The notes beneath the pieces were generated by a model. That model saw nothing but the letters and a program-made list of their open reading frames with translations. It did no database searches and had not been told where the DNA came from. Made by a program: the position numbers and the translations under genes. From Fidelibacterota bacterium (GTDB taxonomy: Bacteria; Fidelibacterota; UBA2242), in assembly GCA_049975265.1 (NCBI GenBank), contig JBNGDF010000005.1, positions 18,654-82,653 on the forward strand: a stretch of 64,000 nucleotides of DNA, written 5' to 3'. This document shows, piece after piece, positions 17,978 through 28,026 of the stretch; the first letter of the stretch is position 1; every line of letters starts with the position of its first letter.

Positions 17978-19464
17978 TCTACTTCCTTCAATTGTTGGGC
18001 AGCGAGAACGGGTTTGGTTTCATTCATATCCGCAGATTTGGTTTTACCAGTGAGAATGGGTGAATTCAAATTGTCTTTTAGAATGCTGCCCATCTCCTGA
18101 TGCAGTTCACGCGCCAGTATCTCAATCACACGGGGCATACAGAAACCACCCTGACAGCGTCCTGTGCCGGGTCGGACTCGGCGTTTGACACCGTCAACTG
18201 TTGTGGCGCCGGCATTTCGGTGAATGGCATCTACAATTTCGCCTTCGGTAATATTTTCGCAGCGGCAAATGATTCTGGCAAACCGCGGCTCTCTTTTGAT
18301 CAAACTGGCTTTTTGATGATCGCTCAATTCGGCGAAGTGAATGATTTCGCGACGGGTGTCGCGAAAATCACGCTTTGGTTTCAGCGCCGGCAGTATTGAA
18401 TCGACAATGCCGACCACCTTTTCAGCAATTGCCGGCGCTGCCGTAAGTCCCGGTGATTTGATGCCGGCAACATTTATAAAACCCTTAACTGCCGGTGATT
18501 CTGCGATGATGAAGTCGCCGGTGTCGGGTTCGGCACGCAGTCCGGCGAAAATATTGATGGTCTGATGCAGTGGAATATTAATAAAACTTTGCCGAGCGGT
18601 CTGTTGGACAAATTCCAGCCCCTGTGAGGTCGTCTCGACGGCGTCATCGCGGGAAATCCGTTCGGAGTTTGGTCCAATCAGAACGTTGCCATGAACTGTG
18701 GGGGTAACCAGAACCCCTTTCCCGAGATCACTGGGTGGTTGAAAAACCACATGGCGCACCATTTTGCCGGCGGTTTTGTCCAGTACATAGTATTCCCCAC
18801 GGCGGGGCATGATTGTAAATTCCGGTGGCGCGATCAAATTGTTAATTTTATCGGCTTGCACACCGGCACAATTAATGATGACCCTGGAGCGGAATTGAAC
18901 AGAGCCGGTTGAAATATTGAAAATTCCATCTGCTTTGGAGATGGAGACAACCGGGCTGTTTAAATAGAGTTCCGCGCCATTATCGATTGCATTTTCTGCC
19001 AGAGCAATCGCCAGCTCCCATGGTCCTACGATTCCGGCGGTTTTGGCATACAGCGCACCGATAGCAGCGGGATTTATTTCCGGTTCGAGATTGCGGAGCT
19101 GGTCGCGGTCGATGATTTCCATCTGGCGGATTTTATTCCGGATGCCCCGTTCATAAAGCTGCTGAAGGGTTTTAAGATCGGTGTCGTTAAACGCCAGCAC
19201 CAGCGAACCAATTCGTTTGAAGGGTACTTGGAGACGTCTGCAAAGGGAATCGAACATGGGATTTCCCTTTGAATTTAGTTCAGCCATCAGGGTACCCGGT
19301 TTCGGATCGTAGCCGGCGTGGATAATGGCACTGTTGGCTTTTGTGGTGCCGTTTGAGACGTCGTTTTCTTTATCGATCAGAGCGATTTTCAATTGATAGC
19401 GGGTTAATTCACGGGCGATAGAGGTACCGCAGATTCCGGCTCCGATAATCAGAACGTCATACAT
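17971..19464 (-). CDS. FAD-dependent glycerol-3-phosphate dehydrogenase-like protein (GlpA/LhgO family) with C-terminal BFD-like [2Fe-2S] domain
   Basis: IIGAGICG, GTTKANSAIIHAG, GIKSPGLTAAP, CRCENITEGE...GRCQGGFC. The three-gene arrangement matches the Thermococcales/Clostridia G3P dehydrogenase. Confidence 0.8.
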   Translation of the reverse strand: MYDVLIIGAGICGTSIARELTRYQLKIALIDKENDVSNGTTKANSAIIHAGYDPKPGTLMAELNSKGNPMFDSLCRRLQVPFKRIGSLVLAFNDTDLKTLQQLYERGIRNKIRQMEIIDRDQLRNLEPEINPAAIGALYAKTAGIVGPWELAIALAENAIDNGAELYLNSPVVSISKADGIFNISTGSVQFRSRVIINCAGVQADKINNLIAPPEFTIMPRRGEYYVLDKTAGKMVRHVVFQPPSDLGKGVLVTPTVHGNVLIGPNSERISRDDAVETTSQGLEFVQQTARQSFINIPLHQTINIFAGLRAEPDTGDFIIAESPAVKGFINVAGIKSPGLTAAPAIAEKVVGIVDSILPALKPKRDFRDTRREIIHFAELSDHQKASLIKREPRFARIICRCENITEGEIVDAIHRNAGATTVDGVKRRVRPGTGRCQGGFCMPRVIEILARELHQEMGSILKDNLNSPILTGKTKSADMNETKPVLAAQQLKEVEC

Positions 19465-19490
19465 GCCGCCGAGTCCTTCATGTTGTTAAA

Positions 19491-19551
19491 GAATAAATAT
19501 ACATTAATATTAATTCATTGATAATTTCAACTATCTGTCGCCAAAAGTCAA
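19491..19551 (-). promoter_or_regulatory. Promoter and 26-bp operator of the dehydrogenase triad
   Basis: Minus strand TTGACT (19551-19546), then 30 nt after TTGAC: GAATTAATATTAATGTATATTTATTC (19516-19491). Confidence 0.75.
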
Positions 19552-19665
19552 TAAAAAATTTTAAGACTATCGGTTATCCGTTAATTATATCCCCAAAATT
19601 CAGCGATTCTATAAAGATCGGCATTTACTTTTTAAAGGCGGATTAATTGATAGGTAGAACAGATA

Positions 19666-20616
19666 TTAAGTTAGATGAAGCAGCTCGTCAGCCCCCTGAT
19701 CATCAATAACCAGAGAGTTGATGATTCCTGCTCTCGCCGCAGCGGCAACGACTTGAGCCCGATCCCGTCCGCCGGTTACGGCAACCACTTCCGGAATCCT
19801 TTTTAACTGTTCCAAGCTGATGCCGATAATCCGGTTTGTATAAGTGGTTTCACATTCATTGCCATCTTGGTCCAGAAAATGACCACAGATTTCACCCACC
19901 ATGCCCCGGGATTTAAGGTTATTTAATTTGTGTTTTTCAGAAAATTCATTTGTGTAGAAGACCGAATTTACCGGATTACCAATTCCTACGAAAGCCAGGT
20001 TGGCATGATCCATCTGGTTTAGGACATATTTAATCTGCTCGTGTTCTACAAAAATTTGGTAGCTGCGGTGGTCGGGAGTGATTGCGGGGGCTTGCAGACG
20101 ATAATATTGTCCGCCCCAGCGTTTCGCCAGGCGCCGGGTAAGTTCGATAGCATCATTTTCCTGAATCTGGGTAGAAATATCACCGATGGCTTGAATAAAG
20201 ATATTGCTGTAAGTCGCTTGGGTCGGTTTCATCTCCTCCGTCACAGCATTCAGATAACGTCCCGCGGCGACACAGACAACTGAACCGGATTTGATTAGTT
20301 TGCTGAGAACAGGAGCCGCAAAATGCCCCATCGTGTAGCGATACTGTTCGCTGGTCTGACCGGGGATTGTTTTGATGACGACGCAGTGATGAAAATGGAA
20401 TTCTTCCATCAATTTCTTTTCAAGCACCTGATCACGGGGCGAAAAAGGCTTAACCTGGATTTGGACTATTCCCTTTTTACGGGCTTCCTGGAGCAGACGG
20501 GACACATTAGCCTGGGATAGTCCGGCTAGTTTAGCTACTTTAGCCTGCCCCAGACCTTCGATGTAGTAAAGCGAGGCAACAAGCAGTAAAATTTCATCTT
20601 TTGCTTTTGGTTTAAT
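19666..20616 (-). CDS. SorC/DeoR-family (LsrR/CggR/EryD-like) sugar-phosphate-binding repressor, copy A; probable ATT start
   Basis: The frame extends upstream of the track ORF to include the HTH (VASLYYIEGLGQAKVAKLAGLSQANVSRLLQEARKKGIVQI). Sugar-binding domain has AFVGIG, VGEICGHF, LVIDD. GGGAG lies 6 nt before ATT at 20616. Confidence 0.85.
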   Translation of the reverse strand: MKPKAKDEILLLVASLYYIEGLGQAKVAKLAGLSQANVSRLLQEARKKGIVQIQVKPFSPRDQVLEKKLMEEFHFHHCVVIKTIPGQTSEQYRYTMGHFAAPVLSKLIKSGSVVCVAAGRYLNAVTEEMKPTQATYSNIFIQAIGDISTQIQENDAIELTRRLAKRWGGQYYRLQAPAITPDHRSYQIFVEHEQIKYVLNQMDHANLAFVGIGNPVNSVFYTNEFSEKHKLNNLKSRGMVGEICGHFLDQDGNECETTYTNRIIGISLEQLKRIPEVVAVTGGRDRAQVVAAAARAGIINSLVIDDQGADELLHLT

Positions 20617-20701
20617 GTCTGGCTCCCTGCGAAGTTTTAAAAATCATCCTGACCGTAAATTGATTGAACATTTCAAATTCTCCCAGATAATAAAGAAAAA
20701 A

Positions 20702-20767
20702 CATCAATTATTCAATCATATTTATTCATTAAAAAAAATTTATATAAAATGAACTCTGTTCTGACAA
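20702..20767 (-). promoter_or_regulatory. Promoter and operator-like site of SorC copy A (possible autoregulation)
   Basis: Minus strand TTGTCA-N17-TATAAA, then GAATAAATATGATTGAATAATTGATG (20727-20702), which resembles the 26-bp operator. Confidence 0.55.
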
Positions 20768-20852
20768 TGAGTGTTTTTACCAATATTGCTATACTTAATG
20801 ATTTTCCCCTTATAAAATTGAAGTTGTCTGGTTGTTTTTAACAAAAAAAGTG

Positions 20853-20913
20853 TTGACATTCCCTGAAAAATGCTTAAAATTAACTTGGCATTTTTATTAA
20901 TGGATATTTATTC
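20853..20913 (+). promoter_or_regulatory. Promoter and 26-bp operator of uptake module A
   Basis: TTGACA (20853)-N16-TAAAAT; GCATTTTTATTAATGGATATTTATTC at 20888-20913, 30 nt after TTGAC. Confidence 0.72.
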
Positions 20914-21033
20914 AATTTAATTATAAAGCATGGTTTTTTTTTAAACATAGGTCGAAACAGGCGGTTAAGAAACAGAAAAATGCTCAGCCGCGCCCAGACT
21001 GGGATTAGGGCAAGCCTGTGTGGAGTGATAGTT

Positions 21034-23751
21034 ATGAATAAATTTGGTGTGGTTGTAATAGTTGGACTGGTCTTATTGATTTGTATTAGTGCTTTGGCTG
21101 CACGACCGGAAAAATCATGGGGAAGATTGTTGATAAAAACACCGGTGATCCGATTGTCGGCGCTAATATCTATATTGAAGGTACCAGTATGGGGACGGCA
21201 TCGGATATCAATGGCGATTACTTTATTATCAACATTCCACCCGGAACCTACACACTGATCTGTTCTTATGTTGGATATGAACGCATCTCCGTAGTAAATA
21301 TTGAGGTCAACGTTGACCGGACTACAATTCAAAATTTTTCTATCGCTCCCCAAGCAATTGAGGGTGAGGAAGTAACGGTTATTGGGACCCGCAAGATTAT
21401 TGAAATGGACCGCACAAATACAGCGGCTTATGTAACATCAGAAGAAATTCAGACCATGCCGGTGCAGGAGCTGGGCGACCTTATTCAGCTGCAAACGGGT
21501 GTGGTGAAGGATGCCGGTGGTACTTTTCATATTCGTGGTGGTCGCGGTGGTGAAATCGCCTATCTGATTGACGGAGTTCCGGTGACGGATCAATATAACG
21601 GCGGAAGTTCCATTGCGATGGAAAACAGCTGGGTTCAGGAGCTGCAGGTCATCAGCGGTACGTTTAACGCCGAGTTACGGTCAGGCTCAATCGGGTGTCG
21701 TCAATATGATTACCAAGGAGGGTGCGAAAAAATTTGGCGGAAATGCCTCGCTCTCAATTGGCGATTATCTTTCAAGCCATTCAGATATTTTTATGAATAT
21801 CGGGGAGATAAATATAAATGAGAAGGACCTCAATCTGAACTTCAGAGGACCGATCTCCCTTATTCGGAATTTGTCTTTTTACACATCCCTGCGCTATTAT
21901 CAGACCGATGGCTGGTTATACGGACAGCGTCGGGTGCTTATCGATGATACCGTGCCGATCCAGCATTATGTCTATCAGGCTCAACGAAATCCCACTCAGG
22001 AGGAGTCACTTTATGGGTATAACATTCCGGACTCGCTGATGAATGGAGACGGCGCCTATATTCCCATGAATGGCAGAGAAAAAATTTCCGGTTACGGGAA
22101 GCTTTCGTACATGCTTACGCCGAAAATTAAGATCAACTATTCGCTATTTTACAATAAGACGGAATCCAGGTCCTACAGTGATTCCCGGCGCTACTCTCCT
22201 GACGGTGTACGTCCGTCTCATGACCGCAATTATAATCACATTCTCAGTCTGAATCACATCCTCTCAAATAAGACCTTTTATAATCTCAACCTATCCCATT
22301 ATGCCAAAAACACCTGGTCTTACCTTTTTGAAAATCCTCTGGATCCGCGTTACCAAGGCATTGCCTTTAGTGACCAGGGATTCATCTTTGGCGGCACTCA
22401 GAACGACCGGTATGATATTTTACGCTCGGCGACATCAGTTAAATTTGATCTGACCAGTCAGATCAACAAGTTCAATCAGGTTAAAATGGGGCTCGAGTAT
22501 AAGCAACACAAACTTGATTACAACTCTTCCAAAACGGTAGCATACGGTGTCAACTACCAGCCGCCCGATTCTCTGGCGGTGCCTGCGAGAAATACGGCAA
22601 ATAATAATCATTATCTGGTAAAGCCCTTAGAAGCATCAATATATATTCAGGACAAAATTGAATTCAGAGAGGTGATCATCAATGTCGGTTTACGTTACGA
22701 TTACTGGGACCCGGTAGCTCAGATCCCCGTGGATTTACGCGCCAGAACAAATATCTATGATGGTATTCGACTGGATTCGGAACTCAGGAAAGCCAAAAAA
22801 CAGATGCAACTGAGTCCCCGATTGTGTTTAGCATATCCTATTTCCGACCGGGGAGTATTTCACGTTTCCTACGGTCACTTTTTCCAGCTGCCGCGTTTCA
22901 ATGCAATTTACAATAATTACGAATATGAGATTGAACTGGGCGGGCTGCGTACAACAATGGGCAACGTGAATTTGAAACCGGAACAGACAGTAGCTTACGA
23001 GTTGGGACTTCAACAGCAACTTGCGGCGGACTACAGTATTGACATTACCGTTTATTATAAGGACATCCGTAATTTACTGAGTCAGGAAATCATCAGTACC
23101 TATGATGACAAGGTCTATGCCCGCTATATTAATCGTGATTACGGCAATGTAAAGGGTATCATCTTTTCGGTGAACAAAGCCTATTCGAATTATTTTTCCG
23201 GTGGGATTGATTACACCTATCAGGTGGCGATGGGGAATGCGTCTGATCCGAATGCTGTCTTTACAAGATATCAGACCGATCCACCGGCGGAGGACGAAAA
23301 GCAGGTGGTCCCTCTGGACTGGGATCAGCGGCATACCTTGAATGCGTCGGCGATTGTTGGGAATCCGTCCAACTGGACCTTTGCGGTAATCGGGCGGTTT
23401 GCCACAGGAATGCCTTACACGCCGACCAACCCCGGTAGTCAGTTGACGACCCAGTTTGAAAACAGTGCCCGCAGACCGGCGACGTATAACATTGACCTGA
23501 ATATCTATAAATCGGTGAAATTGCAGCGCTATAAGCTGAATCTCTTTTGCAAGATATTCAATTTGACCGACCGTTTAAATGAGATCAGAATCTATTCCAG
23601 TACCGGCAATGCCCGTCATCCCTACAGGACCATTCCCAATATGGAGGTGCTGCAAAACAATCCGAATTTCACGGTGGATGAGGTGGATTTGAATCCTACC
23701 TACTATTCCAGTCCCCGACGGGTTTTATTCGGTATAAGTGTCGATTTCTAA
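21034..23751 (+). pseudogene. TonB-dependent receptor, copy A, with two frameshifts
   Basis: The signal peptide from ATG 21034 is out of frame with (G)TTGKIMGKIVD (1-nt loss at ~21100). There is an extra T at ~21675 (paralog reads NAEYGQAQ). Plug FHIRGGRGGEIAYLIDG, barrel and terminal F are present; colinear with 47590-50301. Confidence 0.82.
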
Positions 23752-23766
23752 AAGAGGAAAATATTC

Positions 23767-26700
23767 ATGTGCAAATCAATAATAATACGATGCCTTGTTC
23801 CTGTTACCCTTCTGTTTCTGACCAAGCAGGGGTTGTTCGCCGGAGCTGATGAGCGTACCACCGGGGTTCATGATGGTAACCTTGTAATTACCCGCTATTC
23901 GAATTATGGCAACCTGGGGCACCGCGATTCCAGTCCGCGGATGGAATGGCCGAAGGGGACCGGTTTTGTCTACGGGTTTGAATTTATTATGATGGCGGGT
24001 GCTGAAGTGCTGGACGTTAACGGCGATACAGTCCATATCGTATCGGAATCCTATTCACATCCAACCAGCGGGGATATTTCGGCAGACGGAACGCACTGGT
24101 ACAGCTGGCAACCGTTGCCGGGTTATTACAATATGGGACCCGAAAACAAGCTGTTATATCCGGCGATGAGTCATAAACCAGAGACCTGGCCGGCAAGCTG
24201 GCCTCACGACTACCCCGGCGAACCCGGAACCCGTGACGGTTTGTGGAACGGTGAGTTTGGTGCTTATACGCGCGCTGATCAGGAAAGTTACTATGTCATG
24301 GACGATCGTGACAATGACGAGTACGAATATTATCCCTTTATCGGAAGTTCTGTTGATTCATCGGGCTATCCCTACGGGAGGCGTGGTCTTGGATTTGAGG
24401 TGAAAATGCGCGGCTATCAGTGGGCGGCAGTAGAGGCGGAAGACATTCTGATTGTGTGTTACGATATTGCCAATGTCAGTCATAAAAACCTCGAGACAGT
24501 TGTATTCGGTATGTACGTGGATGCCATGGTGGGTGGTACCAATGACAATCCCGATCATGCAACATTTGACGATTTGGATGATATTACCTATTGCTGGGAT
24601 CATGATGGTGTGGACAATCGGGGTCGCCCGGGGCTCGGTTTTTTCGGATTTGCTTTTTTGGAAAGTCCCGGTGATCCGCTAAATGGAGTAGATGATGATC
24701 AGGATGGGTTAATCGATGAACGTCAGGATAATCCTCGCGGCAACTATATTTTTGGTTCAATCGGCAATTTTGGAGAGCCCTGTTGGCACTGGGAAGGCGA
24801 TGAAGATGGGGATTGGCGCCCTTATTTGGATGAGAACGGAAATGGACAGTGGGACCACGGTGAATTCATCGGTGATGATGTCGGTTCGGATGGGATCGGA
24901 CCATATGACCAGGACTATCCGGGACCAGATCCTGATGGAACCGAAGCCAACGGAATGCCCGATGACGGCGAACCGAATTATAATAAGACCGACAACGATG
25001 AATCGGATCAGATCGGCTTGACCAGTTCAGTATTGTGTGAAGCCCAGAGTATGGCACCCGACGAGCGCACCTGGAACCATATGAAGCCTGGCCTGTTTGC
25101 CTGGGTTCAACCTTCTAATCTCGCGTTTGTTTACGGCTCGGGCTATTTTAAGGTTATGCAAGCAGAAACCCGCAAATTTGCCATTGCCTGTCTGTTTGGA
25201 ATTGATGAAGATGATATATACCGTAATAAAAGAACTATGCAGCGGATTTACGATGCCGATTATAGCTTTACTAAACCGCCGCTGAAGCCGCGTTTGACGG
25301 CTATAGCCGGTGATGGTAAAGTGATTCTCAGTTGGGATAAACGCGCTGAATTGTCCATTGATCCAATCTATAAAGAGGATTTTGAAGGATACTTAGTCTA
25401 TCGCTCTACAGATCCCTCATTTAATGATATTAAGACGGTCACCGATGCCTACGGTGCGCCGATTTACTGGAAACCGATTGCCCAGTACGATCTGGTTGAC
25501 GGTCTGAAGGGTCCGCATCCAATCGCAATTGAAGGGACCGGTGCGCAATTTTACATGGGTAAGGACACCGGTCTGAAATACTACTACGTCGATGAAGATG
25601 TCCAAAACGGGCGTACCTACTACTATGCAGTCTGTTCGTATGACAAGGGATATGACACGGACTTTTATGAAAAGGGGTTCTCCCGCTATGATCTCCTGGC
25701 TCCGGTAGCGCCTTCGGAGTGTTCAAAAATTATTCAGACCGACCTCGTGGGCAATGTCACCAGTGTTGACCGTAACTGTGCCGTCGTCGTGCCCAATGCC
25801 CCCAGCGCCGGGTATGTGCCCGGTCAGGTGGAGGAAATTGAGCATATCGGCATTGCTACCGGCGAGTATGCCGTCAATGTTATCGTGCCCGATAGCGTTA
25901 AAGATGGTCATACTTATGAAATCACTTTTCTGGATGATTCGACGGACTGGCGCAATACAAAGAGTGTTAAAGTTGAAAATGTAACGGCGGGAAAGATTTT
26001 ATACCAGAATGATTATAATGAATTCGAGATCAGTAACGAACTTTTTGAGGGGCTCCAGTTCGAATTTGACAACGATTCAACCTATATCAAAGAGTATGGC
26101 TGGCGGGTGGGTAATTGCAATCTGCCCGTAGAAGTGGACACGGCGTGGGGTGTCAAAATTATCCGGGTTCCGGAAGATCTGGAAATAAGGGTACTTGGTC
26201 CCAATGCCGACACCACCTACAATCCCCTTGCATGGGAGCGGTATCCGGTCAATTTTCAGGTGTGGAGTACGACCCGCAATGAACAGATGGATTTCATGTT
26301 CAGTGAACCGATTAATAAAGACAGTATGCTGAACGCCGGTGATAAGGTCTATCCGGTGATTAATGCCAAAGGATTTAATTACAACGATATATGGGAAATT
26401 TACTTTCGCCACGACACCACCCAAAAGGATGTGATTTTACCGCAGCCGGGTGACATTTTTGAAATTAAGGTCTATAAACCCTTTAACTCCGATGATACGC
26501 TCCGTTTTACAACAGCAGGTTCCTTCGTCAGCAAAACAGAAGCGAAGAGCAGTCTGGACGATGTATATGTCGTTCCCGATCCCTATGTGGTGACAGCCAG
26601 CTGGGAAAAACCACTGTTTTATGCCAGCGGTCGGGGTGAACGCCGGGTCGATTTTGTCAATCTGCCGCAGAAGTGTACGATTCGGATTTTTACCATGAGT

Positions 26701-26871
26701 GGAAAGCGGGTGCGGACCCTGCACCACTCCGCTGATTTAACGGATGATGGAACGGAATCCTGGGATTTACTGACCGAAGACGGTCTGACGGTAGCCTTTG
26801 GAGTGTATATTTTTCATGTGGAGGCACCGGGGATTGGCTCCAAAATTGGAAAATTTGCCATTATCAAATAA
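23767..26871 (+). CDS. Large secreted TBDR-associated protein, copy A (Ca-binding DxDxDG motifs, FN3-like region, sorting-type C-terminal domain)
   Basis: Signal peptide; DDDQDGLIDE, DENGNGQWD, DPDGTEANGMPD; GDGKVILSWD...FEGYLVYRS...NGRTYYYAV; C-terminus YVVPDPY...CTIRIFTMSGKRVRTL...WDLL...GVYIFHV...GKFAIIK. Confidence 0.8.
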   Translation: MCKSIIIRCLVPVTLLFLTKQGLFAGADERTTGVHDGNLVITRYSNYGNLGHRDSSPRMEWPKGTGFVYGFEFIMMAGAEVLDVNGDTVHIVSESYSHPTSGDISADGTHWYSWQPLPGYYNMGPENKLLYPAMSHKPETWPASWPHDYPGEPGTRDGLWNGEFGAYTRADQESYYVMDDRDNDEYEYYPFIGSSVDSSGYPYGRRGLGFEVKMRGYQWAAVEAEDILIVCYDIANVSHKNLETVVFGMYVDAMVGGTNDNPDHATFDDLDDITYCWDHDGVDNRGRPGLGFFGFAFLESPGDPLNGVDDDQDGLIDERQDNPRGNYIFGSIGNFGEPCWHWEGDEDGDWRPYLDENGNGQWDHGEFIGDDVGSDGIGPYDQDYPGPDPDGTEANGMPDDGEPNYNKTDNDESDQIGLTSSVLCEAQSMAPDERTWNHMKPGLFAWVQPSNLAFVYGSGYFKVMQAETRKFAIACLFGIDEDDIYRNKRTMQRIYDADYSFTKPPLKPRLTAIAGDGKVILSWDKRAELSIDPIYKEDFEGYLVYRSTDPSFNDIKTVTDAYGAPIYWKPIAQYDLVDGLKGPHPIAIEGTGAQFYMGKDTGLKYYYVDEDVQNGRTYYYAVCSYDKGYDTDFYEKGFSRYDLLAPVAPSECSKIIQTDLVGNVTSVDRNCAVVVPNAPSAGYVPGQVEEIEHIGIATGEYAVNVIVPDSVKDGHTYEITFLDDSTDWRNTKSVKVENVTAGKILYQNDYNEFEISNELFEGLQFEFDNDSTYIKEYGWRVGNCNLPVEVDTAWGVKIIRVPEDLEIRVLGPNADTTYNPLAWERYPVNFQVWSTTRNEQMDFMFSEPINKDSMLNAGDKVYPVINAKGFNYNDIWEIYFRHDTTQKDVILPQPGDIFEIKVYKPFNSDDTLRFTTAGSFVSKTEAKSSLDDVYVVPDPYVVTASWEKPLFYASGRGERRVDFVNLPQKCTIRIFTMSGKRVRTLHHSADLTDDGTESWDLLTEDGLTVAFGVYIFHVEAPGIGSKIGKFAIIK

Positions 26872-26899
26872 GCGATGTTCTCTTTAGTTGGAGTAAGAT

Positions 26900-27967
26900 A
26901 TGCCAGTTATTAAAAGTATTCGGAAAATCGTAATTCTCTTTGCCATACTGGGGTTTTCAACAGTTCTGATGGCGCAGTTTACGGAAGATGAATATATTGA
27001 AAGTGTCTATAAAGAAGATGTCATGAAGCGGGGTACTTCGGCGGCACCCTTTCTTGAAATCGGTGTCGGCGCCAAAGCGCAGGCGATGGGTGGCGCTTTT
27101 ACGGCGATTGCGAATGATGCCAGCGCCCTGTTCTGGAATCCGGCTGGCATCACCCAGATTCAGACGATATCCGCTTCGGTAATTTATACAGAATGGCTGG
27201 CGAATACGCGGCATGAGTACTTTGGCGCCGTCATACCGTTGGGAGGGCGTTTCGCCTGGGGTCTGAATGCCACAATCCTTGATTATGTGGATGAACAGCC
27301 GGTGCGGACCATTGACCAACCGGAAGGTACCGGCGAGTACTGGACGGCTTCGGATATGGCGTTGGCGACTTCCTTTGCCGCCCGGATTACCGACCGCTTT
27401 TCCTTTGGCATGAGTGCCAAATATATCCGCATGCAGATCTGGAACGAGACCGCCAGCGCCGGAGCACTCGATTTTGGCGTCTTGTATAAATCGCAGTTGA
27501 AAGGACTGACCCTGGGAACGAGCATTTCCAATTTTGGAACCACACTGAAGCTTGACGGTCGTGATTTGGTGCGGGCGTATGATGCCGATAAGCAGCATTA
27601 TTCGAATGACCAGCTGAATGTGCTTTACAAAATGGAGAGCTATCCGTTGCCGCTGCTGTTCCGTTTCGGAATTGCCTACAGCATTACGCGATCTAAAAAC
27701 CAGTTGACCCTGACCTGCGATCTGAATCATCCGTCCAATGATATTGAGAGCATCAACGTGGGTTTGGAGTACTGTCTGCTGAATATTTTTTATTTGCGGA
27801 CCGGTTACCAATCGCTGTTTGATGATGACAGTGAAAACGGCTTGACGTACGGTTTCGGGCTGGAAACGCCGCTGAAAAATTCCTTCGGTCTGGCGTTTAG
27901 TTACTCTTTTGCCGAGTGGGGATTGCTGGAAAACGTTCAGCGTTTTTCGGTTGATTTGAAAATGTAA
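26900..27967 (+). CDS. PorV/PorQ-family outer-membrane barrel, copy A
   Basis: GTSAAPFLEIGVGAKAQAMGGAFTAIANDASALFWNPAG signature; YPLPLLFRFG. Confidence 0.85.
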   Translation: MPVIKSIRKIVILFAILGFSTVLMAQFTEDEYIESVYKEDVMKRGTSAAPFLEIGVGAKAQAMGGAFTAIANDASALFWNPAGITQIQTISASVIYTEWLANTRHEYFGAVIPLGGRFAWGLNATILDYVDEQPVRTIDQPEGTGEYWTASDMALATSFAARITDRFSFGMSAKYIRMQIWNETASAGALDFGVLYKSQLKGLTLGTSISNFGTTLKLDGRDLVRAYDADKQHYSNDQLNVLYKMESYPLPLLFRFGIAYSITRSKNQLTLTCDLNHPSNDIESINVGLEYCLLNIFYLRTGYQSLFDDDSENGLTYGFGLETPLKNSFGLAFSYSFAEWGLLENVQRFSVDLKM

Positions 27968-28026
27968 TGAAGGAAAAGATTTTAAATAAAACAAATGAAT
28001 ACAACAGGAATTAACAGAAGGAGAGA

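Noticed and set aside
21100..21676. Compensating -1/+1 frameshifts restoring TBDR A
   Set aside because: The intervening shifted frame stops at 21258, so no full-length product results. Neither site looks like a programmed slippery sequence.
26957..27994. 345-aa antisense ORF
   Set aside because: It shadows the PorV gene on the opposite strand and has no motifs; typical antisense open frame.
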